The notes under the pieces: model-generated
The model's database searches: none
Told to the model about the DNA's origin: nothing
What the model saw: only the letters and a program-made list of their open reading frames with translations
In this document: positions 39,821 to 54,596 of the stretch, piece by piece
How positions within the stretch are numbered: position 1 is the first letter of the stretch
Layout: each line of letters begins with the position of its first letter
Translations under genes and position numbers: made by a program
DNA from: Octopus vulgaris
Lineage: Eukaryota
Direction: 5' to 3'
Assembly: GCA_951406725.2 (NCBI GenBank)
Contig: OX597814.1
Coordinates: 96,410,001 to 96,474,000, forward strand
Length of the DNA: 64,000 bases

Positions 39821-39897
<77 letters not shown>

Positions 39898-40364
39898 TGA
39901 GTAGTTGAATGAATTATCTTATTAAGGATAATTCGAATTAACCGATACCTGGGTAGCAAATTCACATCAGAAAAAACACGGTTGAAGTTACGTGCCTAGG
40001 GCATAGATTACCACACACACAGGCACTCATTTAGAAAAGAAATTAACAAAATCCACCTTTCATATGACCTGCACCCTTGAACCTTTAGAACCTTCTAGAT
40101 TCTTCTACATTCAACCACTTTGACGTCACTCCTTATAAAGGAATATTTTAAAGAGACACTCATTATCGCTATGGGCTCCGTGTGAGCAATCATCTAAAAG
40201 TCTTTTGTGTATTTTGATGTTGACATAAGTTCCTTGCTTTTCCTGAAGAGAAAGCGGCATAATGTACTCCTTATTCCTTCGCAATTAGGAATATGCAGCC
40301 TTCGAAACATATGTCGAAAATAAAGGAATTTTGTTAATTCGTCGTTCAGCTCCACTCTTTCATA

Positions 40365-40401
<37 letters not shown>

Positions 40402-40473
40402 TCATTAGTTAATATAACCGATAAAGAAGTACATTCAAAAACATTAGAGCTAAGTACTTTATAGGTACAAAAC

Positions 40474-40878
40474 TAATGGTCACTCTGTCCTACGAAGAAA
40501 GGCTGAGGACGCTCGACCTTTATTCTCTTGAAAAACGCCGCCGCCGTGGTGATCTCATTCTCGCCCACAACATCATAAGCGGAAAGTGTAACCTCTCGAA
40601 AGAGCTGTTCTTCACTCCTGCTCCAGAGCGTCGGCTGCGGGGTCATTCCCAAAAGCTCTACCTGCGACGATTTCATCTCAATCGAAGGAGAGGAGCTTTC
40701 TCCGTCTGGGTTGCGGATCCGTGGAACAAGCTGCCAGACGAGATGGTGAAGATGCCGACGACCGCTTTGTTCAAAGCCTCCCTGGACCTCAAGTGGCCTG
40801 AACTCTTTACATGAACACCACCCTGTACTTAACTCCATGTCCCCCTACATGGCCTTGCTATTTGCTTTTGAGCCAAAT

Positions 40879-40926
<48 letters not shown>
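40474..40926 (+). mobile_element. CR1-type LINE 3' end with a (TAAC)n tail
   Basis: LSYEERLRTLDLYSLEKRRRRGDLI...LRGHSQKL...WNKLPDE; the ORF fragment is uninterrupted. Confidence 0.92.
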
Positions 40927-42028
40927 AATTTACCTTCTAAACGCTTACACACACACACACATACACACATATATATATTAAATTTCTGAGCTGAAAACAG
41001 AAATACACTGTAGGGTATAGTATATTGTATATATTTTGTTAAAACCTTTCACTCTTATTAAAGCAAAAATATTTTATGGAGCTCACTTCATATCAATTAC
41101 GGACTATAATAGAGGTTTTGATCCGTTCGCTTACATGCAGATATTGCTAAAAGACCAATATCTGTTGCTAAGGAAAATTATATGAAAATTACATAAAAAA
41201 AGAGCTCTGAAATTGCAATTAAATATAAATATTTCATGATATCGCGTCTTAGCAAAAGCCGGATATACCTACTGGCACAAGAAAGATGGTAATTAAATTG
41301 GAAAGAGTGCCAATGTAACCATATTGGCAGAGACATAGATGGTACATACACATACACATCCTGAAGACAGTTTCTCAAAATAAATAGAGCTACAATAATT
41401 TTGTATATGTCTTTCCAGGCATCAATACTTACAATAAAAGATGTCAAATCACAAAGATATTCAAGATACATTAAGGACTATAAACACCAACTGTCTGATG
41501 GAAGTACGTTTCAGTTTCAAAATATGAAATCATTTATCAGATGGAAGAAACACTTCAAATGTTTTTTTTTTAAATAATTAAAAGCATAAAAATAAATAAA
41601 ACCTGAGAAATATCCCTAATATGTAGCCAAGCAATAGATAATCCCAATTATTGTGTATGCATTATGTTTAACAAAGATATTTCGATTTTGTTTTACGATT
41701 TTTTTGTGTGTGTAATACTAATTTGTTTTAGATATATTTATAGTAGCTTTATTTCAAAGTCTGTCAAATCGTTACCAACTATCTATAGCAAACATATTCA
41801 CATTGCAATGCAGAAATGTGAGAGCTATTTTTACTTTTCATCAGCTTAAATAAGATATACCGTTGCCTTGCCAGCCGATGATGCTTAATACAAAATTACA
41901 ATCTAACAAATGTATTTTTCAAAAAATATGAAAGAACAACATGCATCACTTTTAACATTTTCCCAATAATCTCAGCGATTTGAATAATGGATGAGGGATT
42001 AGTATATCTTGCTTTAATGGATAAGACA

Positions 42029-42070
<42 letters not shown>

Positions 42071-42819
42071 TTCCGACACGTTACGACCGCTGACTCAGGG
42101 ATAAGCACTTTTTTGTATATTTCTTTTCTACCACTTCCTTCTTGACCTCTGCTTTCCTCTGCTCGATGTTGATATATTCACCGAAACCCATTTCCTCCTC
42201 CTATATATTTCACTAGCACTAAGCCCACACTAAAATATTTGACAAATCCTTACACACCAACCCCACCTCTCATTTAACCCTGAAAACATCAACACACAAA
42301 AGTTCATGCAAAATATCAACCTGCACTGAACTCCAGTCTCCAATGTAGTCTGTCCTCAACTTTTGACACGTGGGACAAAGTAATATAGAAATCTGTTGGT
42401 CTATTGGTAGGAATGGGAACAGTTATCTTTTTATATTTTACTTGTTTTGGGTATTGGACTGCGGTCATACTGCGGCCCTTCTATACCCCTCGCCCGAAGG
42501 GTGGAGTCGAACAAATCACACTCCTCCTACTGTACGTACATTTTGTTTAATGACTGATGCTTATTATATCGGTCGCTTCTGTTCAACTGCAAGGCTGCAG
42601 AGATGCAAGCAAACCAACTCCGATTGTCAAGAGGAGTGGGGACAAACAAAAAGCATACACATATATACATAATTTAACAGCCTCCACACACATACATTTG
42701 TATGTATGTATGTATGTACGTATGTGTGTGTGTATGTATGTATGTATGTATGTATGTATGTATGTATGTATGTATTAATTTATGCATATGTGTATATCTG
42801 TATATATAGCGAGATGGCA

Positions 42820-42932
42820 TCTGAGATCTCCTTTTTAGTAGAAGAAATAGCTATAACTCTTTGACTGCTATTTCTAAATTCGGTCTGTGGTAAGGCAATT
42901 CGTTGCTAAACCCTTTATTGCTTAGTATTACT

Positions 42933-42993
<61 letters not shown>

Positions 42994-43811
42994 ATATGTA
43001 TATATATATATACATTATTTTCTCTCTGTTTATTTCTGTATTTATTTCTGTTGAAGAGCATAGGCTCGAAACATAAAAGACTTTCTCATTTCCCGAGCGT
43101 TAAACTAATACATCTGTTTGTTGTTTGCACACCCGTCTTCGTCTTTTGTTTTGTTTGTTCAAAATAATTTTTCCTTCGTTCAGACTGAAGAGCCCTTATT
43201 GTTTGTGTTACTGTTATTCTCCTTGTCCTGTTTTTTACTGTTTTTATTTGTATTGTCTTTACTGTCCTGTTTTTGTTACCACTTTTACCCCTCTGCAAAA
43301 AATGTCAAATCTTATTTAATTTGCTTTGCTGGAAGGATTGTTTCAACTAAGTCGTGTCTCGCCTTTACATTCGAAACACGGAGTAGACAAAACAGAGGCG
43401 ACTGAAGAAGGAGAATTTTTCTTGTGTTGTATGTCTTGTACTCTGTTTTTTCGTTGTTTAAAAAAAATGTCCGTTTCCTTGATGTTGTTTTTATGTTTTC
43501 GTTTCTCATTGTGTTCGACGTTTTTTGATGTCCTGTACCCATATATGCATGTATATATACAAATAGATGTAGGTACGTACATATATGTATATATATATGC
43601 ATGTGTTTTATTTATTATTTTGTTATTATATATACATATGTAAGTACCATCTGCTGGCAATATATGTGCACAGAGTGCAGTGCTGCACCGATAACCAATT
43701 GGCGAAGATCTACCTGGGTTTAAACTAATAGTAAAACATGGAACAGCCACTTTGATGTAGCGATTAACTTTACTTGTTAGCATAGTTACTACTCTCATCT
43801 CTTCTTGAGAT

Positions 43812-43848
<37 letters not shown>

Positions 43849-43999
43849 TGTATGTGTGTGTGCGTGAGTGTGTGTGTGAAACGTAAAAGACTTTCTCATT
43901 TCCCGAGCGTTAAACTAATACATGTTTGTTGTTTACACACCCGCCTTCGTCTTTTGTTTTCTTTGTTTTTTTTTGTAAATTCCAACTATATATATATAC

Positions 44000-44061
<62 letters not shown>

Positions 44062-44209
44062 TATGTATACACACGCACACACACAAAATAAAACTAGCAA
44101 AAAATTACTTTTTGTCTTCTCTCCTTGTGCTGTATGGGCATTTAATGTGGTTTTAGAGTTAGACTTTGGCTAATATTTTCAGCATGGTGGTATCTCGTAG
44201 ATACAATAA

Positions 44210-44260
<51 letters not shown>

Positions 44261-44261
44261 A

Positions 44262-44329
<68 letters not shown>

Positions 44330-44430
44330 GATAGATCGTTAGCCACTACACACATTAGCGTTATACTAATACGTCTGTTTGTTTTGTACACCACCTGTCT
44401 TCGTCTTTTGTTTTTTTCGTAAACTCTCCC
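42820..44430. repeat. Cluster of Penelope-terminal-like dispersed repeats and microsatellites
   Basis: GAAAC(G/A)TAAAAGACTTTCTCATTTCCCGAGCGTTAAACTAATACAT at 43068 and 43878; a related reverse segment lies near 30740-30840. Confidence 0.55.
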
Positions 44431-44437
44431 TATATAC

Positions 44438-44493
<56 letters not shown>

Positions 44494-45142
44494 GTGTATA
44501 TGTCTTTGTGTCTGTGTTTGTTCCCCCACTATCGATTGACAACCGATGTTGGTGAGGTTACGTCCCAGTAACCTAGCGGTTTGGGAAAAAAGATCGATAG
44601 ATTAAGTGCTAGATCCTATAAAGAATGGGGTCGATTTCCCTGGCTAAAAAAAAACCTTTAAAGAGGTGCTCCAGAATAGCCACAGTCAAGTAATTGAAAC
44701 AAGTAAAAGAATAAAAGAATGTGTGTGTGTGTGTGTATTTTATACGTACTCGATGGGCTTCCACACAGTCACCGCGCACCAACTTTATTCACAATTCATT
44801 AATCGGTTCTGGGTTATAACATAAAGCACTTGCCTAAGATGCCACGTAGTGGGACTGAACCTGAAATAAAATGGTTGCAAAACGAGCTTCTTAATCACGT
44901 TGTCATGAGGAAGCGTTTCTGTGAGACAGACGAGTGCGCTGTCGAAGTACAGTACAACAGATGGTAAATGTTCAGTACAGCAGACAACTATGTGTACCTC
45001 GTGTGTGAATGGCGTGTGAAATAGGTGTGTTGTGTAAATGTCATTTTCCTTTGAAGTAAACAAACTTCATTTGTTCCTCTTCGATTTTTTAATTACCTGT
45101 TCACATGCACACACACACACACACACGGATATGTATATGTGT

Positions 45143-46434
45143 ACGTGGTGGTATTAAAAAGTTCCCGGACTAGTTCTGTAGCGCACCAACAGATGGCAGC
45201 ATACGGATGCGTCCGCAGTGAGAGCTAGCAGTGACCTTCACGAGGGAATATGCCGGGTGACATTGCTGCGTTTACTTCGCAAATAGTGAAAGTTGTGTTT
45301 TTGTGATCACGTGTATGCTGTAGTCTGCGATTTTGTCATGGACAGCAACAAAAAGCCAATGTGAAATTTTGCGTTAAACTTGGGAAGTCTGTTACAGAGA
45401 TATTAAACATGCTTCGGCAAGCATACGACGACGAGGTAATGGGTCGTACGCAATATTTCGTGTGGTACGAGCGCTTTAAAAGTGGAAAACTTGCCGTGCG
45501 CGTCACCCCCGGAAATGCGTTAGTGTGCATCGATAATTCGTCCTCCGGGGTCAGACGTGAATCGCGAATTCTATTGCGATGTTTTGAAGCGTTTGAGGGA
45601 GGACTTTTGCCGAAAGCGAGTGGATCTGAGGAGCGCGAAGAATTGGATTCTTCATGGCGACAATGCTCCCTGTCACCGAACTTTTCTCCTTCGTGAGTTT
45701 CTCGCCCCAAACAACATACTATCGCTTCTGCACCCGCCAGACTGCGGACTTCCATCTCTTCTCCAATAGGAAAACGCAGCTCAAAGATTGCCGTTTAAAC
45801 ACCGTTGTCGAGATCCAGAGCGAATGGCAGGAGGTCCTCGACTCGCTTACGGAAAACAACTTCCAGCCCGGATTCCAAAAGTGGTAGGAACATTAGGACC
45901 GGTGGGATCTTTTCGGTTTGAACGGCAGTTTTTAACATAATTTCTAGGTAAGTAAAAATTTTAAACTTCGTATACTGGTAGAATGTGTTTATAGAACATC
46001 TTTTTCTCTTGGCTTTATTGAGAAAATTCTATAGTTTGTAAGATATTTGCTGTTTTTTTTCTTCAGCTTCTGCAATTTCAGCCAATCAGTGATGTCTATT
46101 GAGGTAAAAAAAACATTCTGTGCCGTATGAATATGTCCCTCGTTTAAGAAACAGATTGGGTTTATTTACATTTCTGAAGAAAAAAAGATAACCTTTCCCC
46201 CACCCCTAACCCTAACACAGATTGAAATGCAATAGATCGATACTAGGGTCATAATTATGGGTGACAATTTCATATGACACCGCTAGAAAAAACTGCCGTT
46301 CAAACCGAAAAGATCCGGACCGGTGTACTGCTGCGCATGGTGACTATTTCGAAGGTGATGTTAAACTTAGATAAGTAAGTTATTTTTTTTTTATTAAACA
46401 TAACTAGTTTGGGGAGCTTTTGATACCAACTCGT
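45143..46434 (+). mobile_element. Internally deleted mariner, interrupted by the MITE
   Basis: KFCVKLGKSVTEILNMLRQAY, WILHGDNAPCH, C-terminal DRCTAAHGDYFEGD; TIRs ACGTGGTGGTATTAAAAAGTTCCCGGACTAGT / ACGAGTTGGTATCAAAAGCTCCCCAAACTAGT. Confidence 0.88.
45905..46316 (-). mobile_element. MITE, second copy, perfect 9-bp TSD
   Basis: TSD GGACCGGTG at 45896-45904 and 46317-46325; removing the MITE restores the mariner reading. Confidence 0.95.
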
Positions 46435-46589
46435 CTCTCTCATTATTCAAATATATGTGTGTATGTGTGTGCGTGCAGGCACACGTGTGTGTATGTGTGT
46501 ATGTATATTTATGTATATATGCACACACACACACACACACACGTACACACAAACGCTTATAGGAGGATAAGTATATAATTATACACACT

Positions 46590-47775
46590 CTTGTTTCTGT
46601 AATTTATTAATACAAAGAGCAGGAGTTGTACAATTGCATAATTTTTCTACACGATCACCTTGTTTTTCGATGCACTTCGTCCAGCAGTTCATAAGCCTGC
46701 TTATTCCATCGGAGAAGAAAGCTTTCGCCTGTTTGCGCAGTCATTTATGCACCACTTCTTGCACTTCATTGTCCGTAACAAATCGACAACCTTCGGCCAT
46801 ATAGGTAACAGGTGAAAGGGGTGAGATCTGGACAGTATGCAGCGTGTTCCAGCCTCTCGTAACCCAATTTTAAATGGTTTCAACGGCGTGGGTGGCCATT
46901 AATGGGCGTGCATGGTCGTGCAACAATAACAATAGTCCTTGACATTTAGTATGAATTGCTGGTTTCAAATTGTGACCCAGCATTTCCTTATAGCCTACAC
47001 TGGTGACTGTAGTTCCCTTTTCCAGTTGATGTTGGAGTATAGATCCTTTTGTGCTCTCCCACCAAATGGTTAGCTTCATCTTCTCTGCGGAAGTTGACTC
47101 TTAAATTCTTTCCTTTTTTTTTTGCTGGCGATACTATACCTTTTGGATTCTGGCTTAAAGTGAACGTCCAAGCTTTCATCTCCTGTAACAATTCTCTCCC
47201 AAAACATTTTCCCATCATCTTTGTTACGGTCAAGTAAGCGGTGACAGATTTCTACACGATTGCGCTTATGCGCTTCGGTAAGCTTTCATGGCACCCCGCT
47301 CGAAACACTTTATTGAAGCAAAGCTTGTCGTGGAACGTTTCGCGTGTAGAACTAATTTACAGAGAACATGCCATTTCCCCGATGATCACTCGTTGGTTCA
47401 CTAACTTGTTGAATCTTCACGTCATTGGTGGGGGTTGATAGGTTCCCTGCTCCCACTTCGGGTTTCGCGCTTATCCGGCCATTTTAGACTTTTTGATCCC
47501 CTCATACATACTTCTACGCTGTCCCCATTTTGTACTGAAAGTGTGCAATGAAAGTCAACACTCGACACGCCTACAGACCAGAGGAATGGGATCATTGAAC
47601 ACTGTTCTTTCTTGGTGTACACTGCCAGTGGAGCGGTTATATTTACTCAAGATCAAACCTCGATTATGTAACCACAAGGGTACCACATTTTGGCATGTAA
47701 GCGCTGAAAGCAGTGTGACCAACCTAAAGAAAGTTTTAGCAAAGTGCGGATAATTTTGAACTTACAACTTGTACT
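46590..47775 (-). mobile_element. Mariner transposon, degenerate
   Basis: LLLHDHARP, HAAYCPDL, HDKLCFNKV..LTEAHK; TIR-like TACAAGTTGTAAGTTCAAAATTATCCGCAC. Confidence 0.82.
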
Positions 47776-47934
47776 TACAAACGAAAGGGATGAACACTCA
47801 ACACACGATGTTTAATTTATGTTTAATGTTTATCTGTCATTTAGGGACTCATCCGATTGTTACTCAGTTTAGCACACGAAGCGACTACGATATGAATCAT
47901 CAACTAATTCCTGACACGCACACACACATACACA

Positions 47935-48017
<83 letters not shown>

Positions 48018-49199
48018 ACGATAGGCTCACTTTCCATCAACTAATTTTAACACGCTATAGAGTATTAGTCAACACGCGACTGCCGTCAGATACACTGTTT
48101 AAGATGCCGTGCAGTAGGATCGAACCTGCAAGTCTATTAATGAAAAGCAAACTTCTTAACCTGACCGCCATACTTGAGCTTATTTAAATTTATAGTTTCT
48201 GGGCGGAGCTAGAAAGTATTTACCGTATATTTCCGATGTTCAATGAGGTTTTGCGCAATTCTCATATTTATTCCAGATATTGATTTATAAGCAGTCTGTC
48301 TGAGAGATCCAAGCATATCAAACCTCCAGATACCGCAAAATCATATACTCAGTTGTTACACCATAAATTTCGCACTATATTTTTATACGCATCATTCTCT
48401 TGGCTCTTGGATTGGTGGCGGCTTGTCGACTTGCTTATGGCTGTGTGTGTTCATGCAGCTCACTCTGACATACGCCCTTTTTAACTCTGGTTCGCCCCTG
48501 AGATTCGTTTTGTCCCTCGCTTACATACCAACGACCTTCTTGTCGTCTCCTCTACATAGGCATTGTTCGATTCGACCGCACACCTCATCCCTATCTAATT
48601 CTCTGTACACAGCCGTCATCCCCATGCAGCCAGTTAAACCGGAACTGACTCTATAAACATCTATCTTTAAAATATGCTCCAGTGTCCACATGCCAGTAAT
48701 ATCTACCTCAACAGCACAAATATAAATCTCTCTACATACCGAGAAAACATAATCAATATCCCTGCAAAATATGAACATAATATAACTAGAAATCTCAAGG
48801 ACACTACAACTACAAAATCCCATCATCGCTAATTCTCTCCTACGAATATACGTTCCCAACAAAGATTGCGTCACAAAGATAACTTCCCTTTGAGTGGCTG
48901 GAATACTTTATTTACCCAACAACTATTAATCATCTACAAAGATGCTAAAATGGCCTCTGCACATCGAAGTAGGCTGGCCTTGTGCTATCTCCACTCAAGT
49001 ACTTTATTATCGTCTCTCTTCCTTTCGTCATTCATGTTGTGTCCCTTTCCCATTCTCCGGACTAACTTCTTCGCCTAATCCTTCGTCTCCAACTATCGAA
49101 TCCCAGGAATTCCTTCTCTACTCATGTGTTTCCTGTAGTCACCAACTTATAGGTGTCAATGAGGAACATTAAACACATTGGTCTTGCTGGTCTCGGACA

Positions 49200-52100
49200 G
49201 CCTTTGAAAGCCATGGACGCAATCATTTTAGAATAAAAATAGAAAGAAAAAGGCAAAACTAGAAATATTTTATCATAAATTACGCAGTATAAAGAAACTG
49301 CTTGCTGCATATAAAGCAATGTCAATTTAACAGCCGGCAATAAAATATTTCAGAATCGTGGCATCATGACCGACTGAAAATGATGTAGTCTGATTCGTCG
49401 ATTAATATTTCTCTTGGTATTCTTCCAGAATGTACCAAAAACATTTATAAATTGTATGAATACGAAGTGTTCTTGAAGTTGTGCATCTGCCTTGGTATTG
49501 TGGGCGTGGTACGATTAGACACATAATGGCAGATACTGTGAGTTGATGCTTGCTGCGAAAACAAATTCTGCCTATTGCATGTCTAGTGTGCCTTGTACTT
49601 TTAGCAGCTTCGTTCCGCTACGTAGGTGGTCTGTGTGTAACCTACGATTGAGCGAGGAGTGCAGCTCTATATTCTTTTGCAGTTTGCCGTGACTTTTCTG
49701 GAATGATTAGTGTAGCAGCAGGACTAGAAATGCTTTGTTCTTTTTTTAAAATATATTTTGACAATTGTAACGTTTGCGAGTGTTGTTTAGGTGTTTCCGA
49801 GTCAATGTTTTCGCTTTTTTTATATTTTTACTGACTTGTGTATAATGTACCAATGTAGGGTGATGTTGGAGTGGTGAAACTATTAGCGGATCGAGAAAAG
49901 TATCGTGCTGCATTTCTTCCAGCTCTGTGCATTCTGAAATCAACGCCTGCTGGGACATAGTACGAACTTGTATTGACCCAAGTCAGTGACCGTCTTTCCC
50001 TTGATTAAATATCACTGGCGTCGGGATAGAAGACTTATATTTGCGAGCAACTGCCAGCCTTCCTCAAAAAAATCTTGTCTTTAAGTTTGTGCATTCATGA
50101 GCAGAAACAAGAGAAACATGGTCAAACATAACCGACGGAGATTCTAGTTTGTGTGTTGCAAATGAATTGAGGATTATTTATAGAATTTGTACATGTTATT
50201 TTCAGTGTGTGTGTGTATGTGTGTGGGGTGGGGTGGGGTGGGGTGGATGTGTATGCTACGTTTATGATCTTGAGTGTTGTCTTTGTTTCTATTTGTTCTT
50301 TTATATCGCTAAGAAGGAAGAATGTTCTGAGTTGGTCGGTGCTAACTTTATATTTAATGGTAAAACCAGATTTGTAGCAGCTTGATGTGCGCGCGGAGCA
50401 CTAGTACTATAAGTATGTGTAGAATGATGTTGTGGAAGAAATTTCTGTTATCTCCTGCATATGAAGTTCTGTGCATATTTCATGAGGGTGTGAAAGAGAT
50501 TTTGCAGACACAGAGTAAAGAGAGCAGATGAAAGGATGAATCTTTGCTTTACGCTATTGATTCTAGATGGTTTATTGCAATCTTTGCATGCATTGTGTCA
50601 TGAAAAATAATAATTTTCAATCAGCCTTTCCCGTTGTTTTATAGAAGTTGCTTAATATTTTATTTGCAAGTGAATGGAATGGAATGGAACTGCAGTTAGA
50701 AAGCTTTATGCTTTTGTTTTTGTTGTTGAAACCGGACATGTATATTTGTGTGATGTGTAGTAGCTTATTTATTGTTTTATTCTTTTACTTTTTAACTGTT
50801 TTCAGTCATTAGACTGCGGTCATACTGGGGCGTTGCTTTGAAGAATTTTAGTCGAATTAATTGCTCCCCCCCCAACCAGAAGTTATTTTTTGTTAAATCT
50901 GGTATCTATTCTATTGGTTTATTTTGCCGAACCCCTAAGGTTACAGGAACGTAAACAAGCCAGCATCGGTTGTCAAGCAGTGGTGGGAAATAAAATGACA
51001 CACACACATACATACATACATACATACATACATACATACATACATACATACATACATACATACATACATACATACATGTATGCATACATACGACGAGTTT
51101 CTTTCAGTTTCCGTCTCCCAAATCCACTCGGACCGAGGCTATAGGAGAAGACATGCTGTGGGACTGAACTTGGGACCATGTGGTTGGAAAGTAAATTTCT
51201 TACCACATAGCCTGATCTGCGCTTATTTATTTATTTATTTATCTATTTATTCATTTCTTTGTTTACTATTTTCTTAACTAGATGCGGGAGGACAAAGTAA
51301 ATGATGTTTTCTACCCTTTCAAGACTGGCAGGAAGAAGGGAGGAAGCCATCGGATATTTGAAATAAAGGCCTCCAAATGGCCAGGTGATGGAGTTAAACA
51401 TGTCTTCCTCCAACAGGCTTCCAGACAGTTTCCATCAACCGAATTCCACCCATAAGGCATTAAGTCGACCTAAGGTAATATTAGAAGATGCTTAACCAAG
51501 GTGTCACATAGTGGGATCAACCCCTAAAGCACGTTGCATCGAAGTGATCTTCTTAAACATACGGCCATATCTGATTGTAGGGATTTAACCATATCGTGGA
51601 ATGGGAAGGATGAAAATTTCTGAAATGCTAAAAGTGTGTCTACCAGGGTGATCCTTTGGTTGATGCTGCTTATTGCTTCTTTTTGCTTGTTATGTTTTAA
51701 AACTGTTTTAATCCAGTTTGCAGGTTCTGGGTAGTTGGCAGTGCTCCTGTCACTAGTTAAAGATGTTGGTGAAGGAAAATGTTCCTGGTGAATGGAAAAA
51801 GATTCTGACAGTCCCCCAAGCATTTGATATTTGGAATTACCCACTGCCTTTTTTTTTGTCAGATATAAAAATAGACTTAAGGTGAGGTCTTTCTGTGTAT
51901 CTTTTGTGCTCATGTATTCTCTTTTTGATTTAGGTTGACTGATTTGGGGAAAAGTGATGAATAAGTTTGCTTATTGCTGTAATAACAGCTGAAATTACTG
52001 ATATATAATGTGCTGTGGTGTGGCAGTTGTTAGAGCTGTTATGCTGCTAATTTCTTCATATAGTGTTATGCTGTTTGTGGTTCATGGTGGATACAATCTT

Positions 52101-53300
52101 TGTCAGTTTCCAGCCTTTCTTTGTTTTTAATTAATTCCTTAGGTTATAATTTGTAGTTCTCTTGTAGGAAGCATTGGCACATGAGGTTGACCTTAGCATT
52201 TTTCTGATTGAATATTCTTGTTTAGTTAAGGTTATATGTTTATGTTGCCTTGAAGATATGCTACTTTGAGGCAAGCTCTACAAATATTTTGTCAAGTATT
52301 TGCATTGCAGTGTCTATTGTGGTGATTGTGCTGATAGTGTTGTTGACACGATTTTAATCGGGAACTGTAAAATAATTTGTTGTTGATGGATGTGATTTCT
52401 CTAGAATGGTAGAATGGTTTGATCTTTGTGAAAATGATTTTGTTTTTTTCAGTGTTATGTGATATGGATTGGAAGGCAGTCACAAGTGATTCAGAAAATT
52501 TTTCGCCATGATATTATGCTAATTAAATTCATGGAGAAGAAGCATTATTATGAAAGGAATCAGTGTAGCTTCGTGAGTTATGCTGGAGTGTTTGCGTAGG
52601 CTGTTTAATATATATATAGAGCTTAATTTATTCTAGAGTTTTCTATATTGTCTTCGTACATGCAAATACCGTGAACAATTAAGCCGTCTTAATCGTGGTA
52701 TATTAAGCTGTTGTAACTGGAATGCTTGAAGTTGGTGAGAATAAGTTTACGTCTATTCCATTAGCATTTATTTTAGGTTTCTTGTGTTTTTATCATCAGT
52801 TCATATATTTCTAATAATCTTGTCATCCTTGTTGACTATCATTTGTATTGTCGATGTACTGGATACATGACTTTGTATATGTTACAAAGCTTTCACTGTG
52901 GTGGTTTGTCTTACTTTATTACGATGTAATCAGCGAGGGTGGTGGATTTTAAGGAACCTGTGTTAAGGTTTTAGCTTTGTTTCTTGCATCATTGCTGTGT
53001 GAATATAGTGTACAATGATGAAGTCTTTTAGCTCGTCTTAAATTTAGATAATCTGTGTGAATAGTGAACATGATACGAGGTCCACACGCAGTGCATAATC
53101 AGAACTAGAGTATGAATCTAACGGCAAGTTTTGCCAAGATGTTTGCAGCAATTAAATTCAGTACTGCAGGCTAGTGAATTTTGTCTAATTTGCAATTTTG
53201 TCAATCTTAAATCAACATGTTGTTCCTGTTATTACGTTCTCTATTTTTCGTTAGAAAGAATTGGCTATTAGAAAGTTAATTTCCTTTGCCATTTCAGTAC
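49200..53300 (-). mobile_element. Very old LINE ORF2 remnant (L2/CR1 group), interrupted by SINEs at 50800-51565
   Basis: Weak ordered motifs: KAVGNSKYQML..NYPEPANW..QRITL, YAGD, YRAALLAQ..GRICFRSK; many stops. Confidence 0.45.
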
Positions 53301-53476
53301 CGTTACCCACACACTCTCATCAAATAATTATTTTAGCTTTAGAACGATCTCGTAATCACACAGGCACTTGAATCTCAATGTGCCACATTACTGACAATTC
53401 CTTTTCTTTGAATATTGCTTTTTTATCCTTCAAGCTATTCTAGGATAAAAATAGAAATTTGATTTTTTTTCCTTAC

Positions 53477-53548
53477 TGATCTTCGAAAATATTTGGTGGT
53501 AGAGATACAAAAGGAAAAGACGTGTACTGCCGAACCATTTCTCTTGCA
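53477..53548 (-). CDS. Probable exon of an unknown gene (72 nt; all three frames open)
   Basis: Acceptor tctttgttttcatatgcaacag, donor A/gtaagg; in phase 2 it reads AREMVRQYTSFPFVSLPPNIFED. Confidence 0.55.
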
Positions 53549-54596
53549 CTGTTGCATATGAAAACAAAGATATTTAACAGATATCCTGAATTATGTCCCT
53601 TCTTTCAATAATTCTATTTGTCAGGGACGAGCGTAAAAAGTGTTTATTAAAATCTTCGTTTAAATATGATTTTTGAAATACTAAATATTATTTTCAAAGT
53701 ACTTTACAGATAATTTTCTTTCATCTTCAGCGTATGTGTTCTTGTGAAAATGATTAACAATGTAGCTATAAGCACCTAATTACAATAACAATGCAATATG
53801 TTATCTTTGAGAAGTAATTATCTGCTTTAAAAATAATTGTCAGATCCAGAACTGGAGACTTAAAGTTCGTATTTGACGTTTTTATTCTCTTTTTATTGAA
53901 GTTATTACTATTGCAAAAGAAGCAGCAGGTGACTGGATGTATGGGAGCGATTAATGAGTCTTAGTTCTTGTCGCTCTCATTGAGATGTGTTCGTGGTTGA
54001 AACATTTGATTCTTACTCTTTCCAGCTAGCTACAACGAACTAAATATATGGATAATAAATGTATATAACGATAAGGCTCACTTGTCATAAAACAGCTGGA
54101 GTAGCTATTTGATTAGTGAATTCTTCGTTAAGCTACAGTGCTAAAAATTCTCCTAAAGACTAAGGATAGATAAGAGAAAAACGTCTCCATTGTTATTACT
54201 TCTAGAGATCCTAAAGTGGATGAATGATCAGAGGTTCAATCAATCTCCCACAACATTATTCACTGTAACAAGGAGTAAATCACTTCGCCATCATTTGGAA
54301 AGCAGAAACTGCGTGGAAGCCCGTCGTATACATACATATATTTATGTGTGTCTTTCTATCTGCGTCTCTTTCCTCACACTGGTTGAAAGCTTTTGGATTA
54401 TAGACACAATCTACCCGACGGGCTCCTACACCATTTCCTTCAGCCCAATTTCACTCACAAGTATGGGTCCATCCGATGCTAGAGAAAATGGCATTCGCCC
54501 AAATTGTCACACATCAGGATAGAATCCTGGACGTCGTACTTGCCTACAGCTTATTATGTAGAGAGATCTTAATTAAAAAGAATTAAAATAACGATC

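Larger units (their letters stand above)
39390..39821 (+). repeat. Tandem repeat, about 305-bp unit, 1.4 copies, one hammerhead motif per unit (retrozyme-like)
   Basis: GTCAAAATGATG at 39390 and 39695; CTGATGA at 39411 and 39715. Confidence 0.9.

Noticed and set aside
41250-41505. Candidate short exons on either strand
   Set aside because: Plausible splice sites occur on both strands with no homology; cannot be distinguished from chance in AT-rich DNA.
48400-49180. GC-balanced segment with a 117-aa minus ORF
   Set aside because: No recognisable domain, termini or splice signals; probably old repeat debris.
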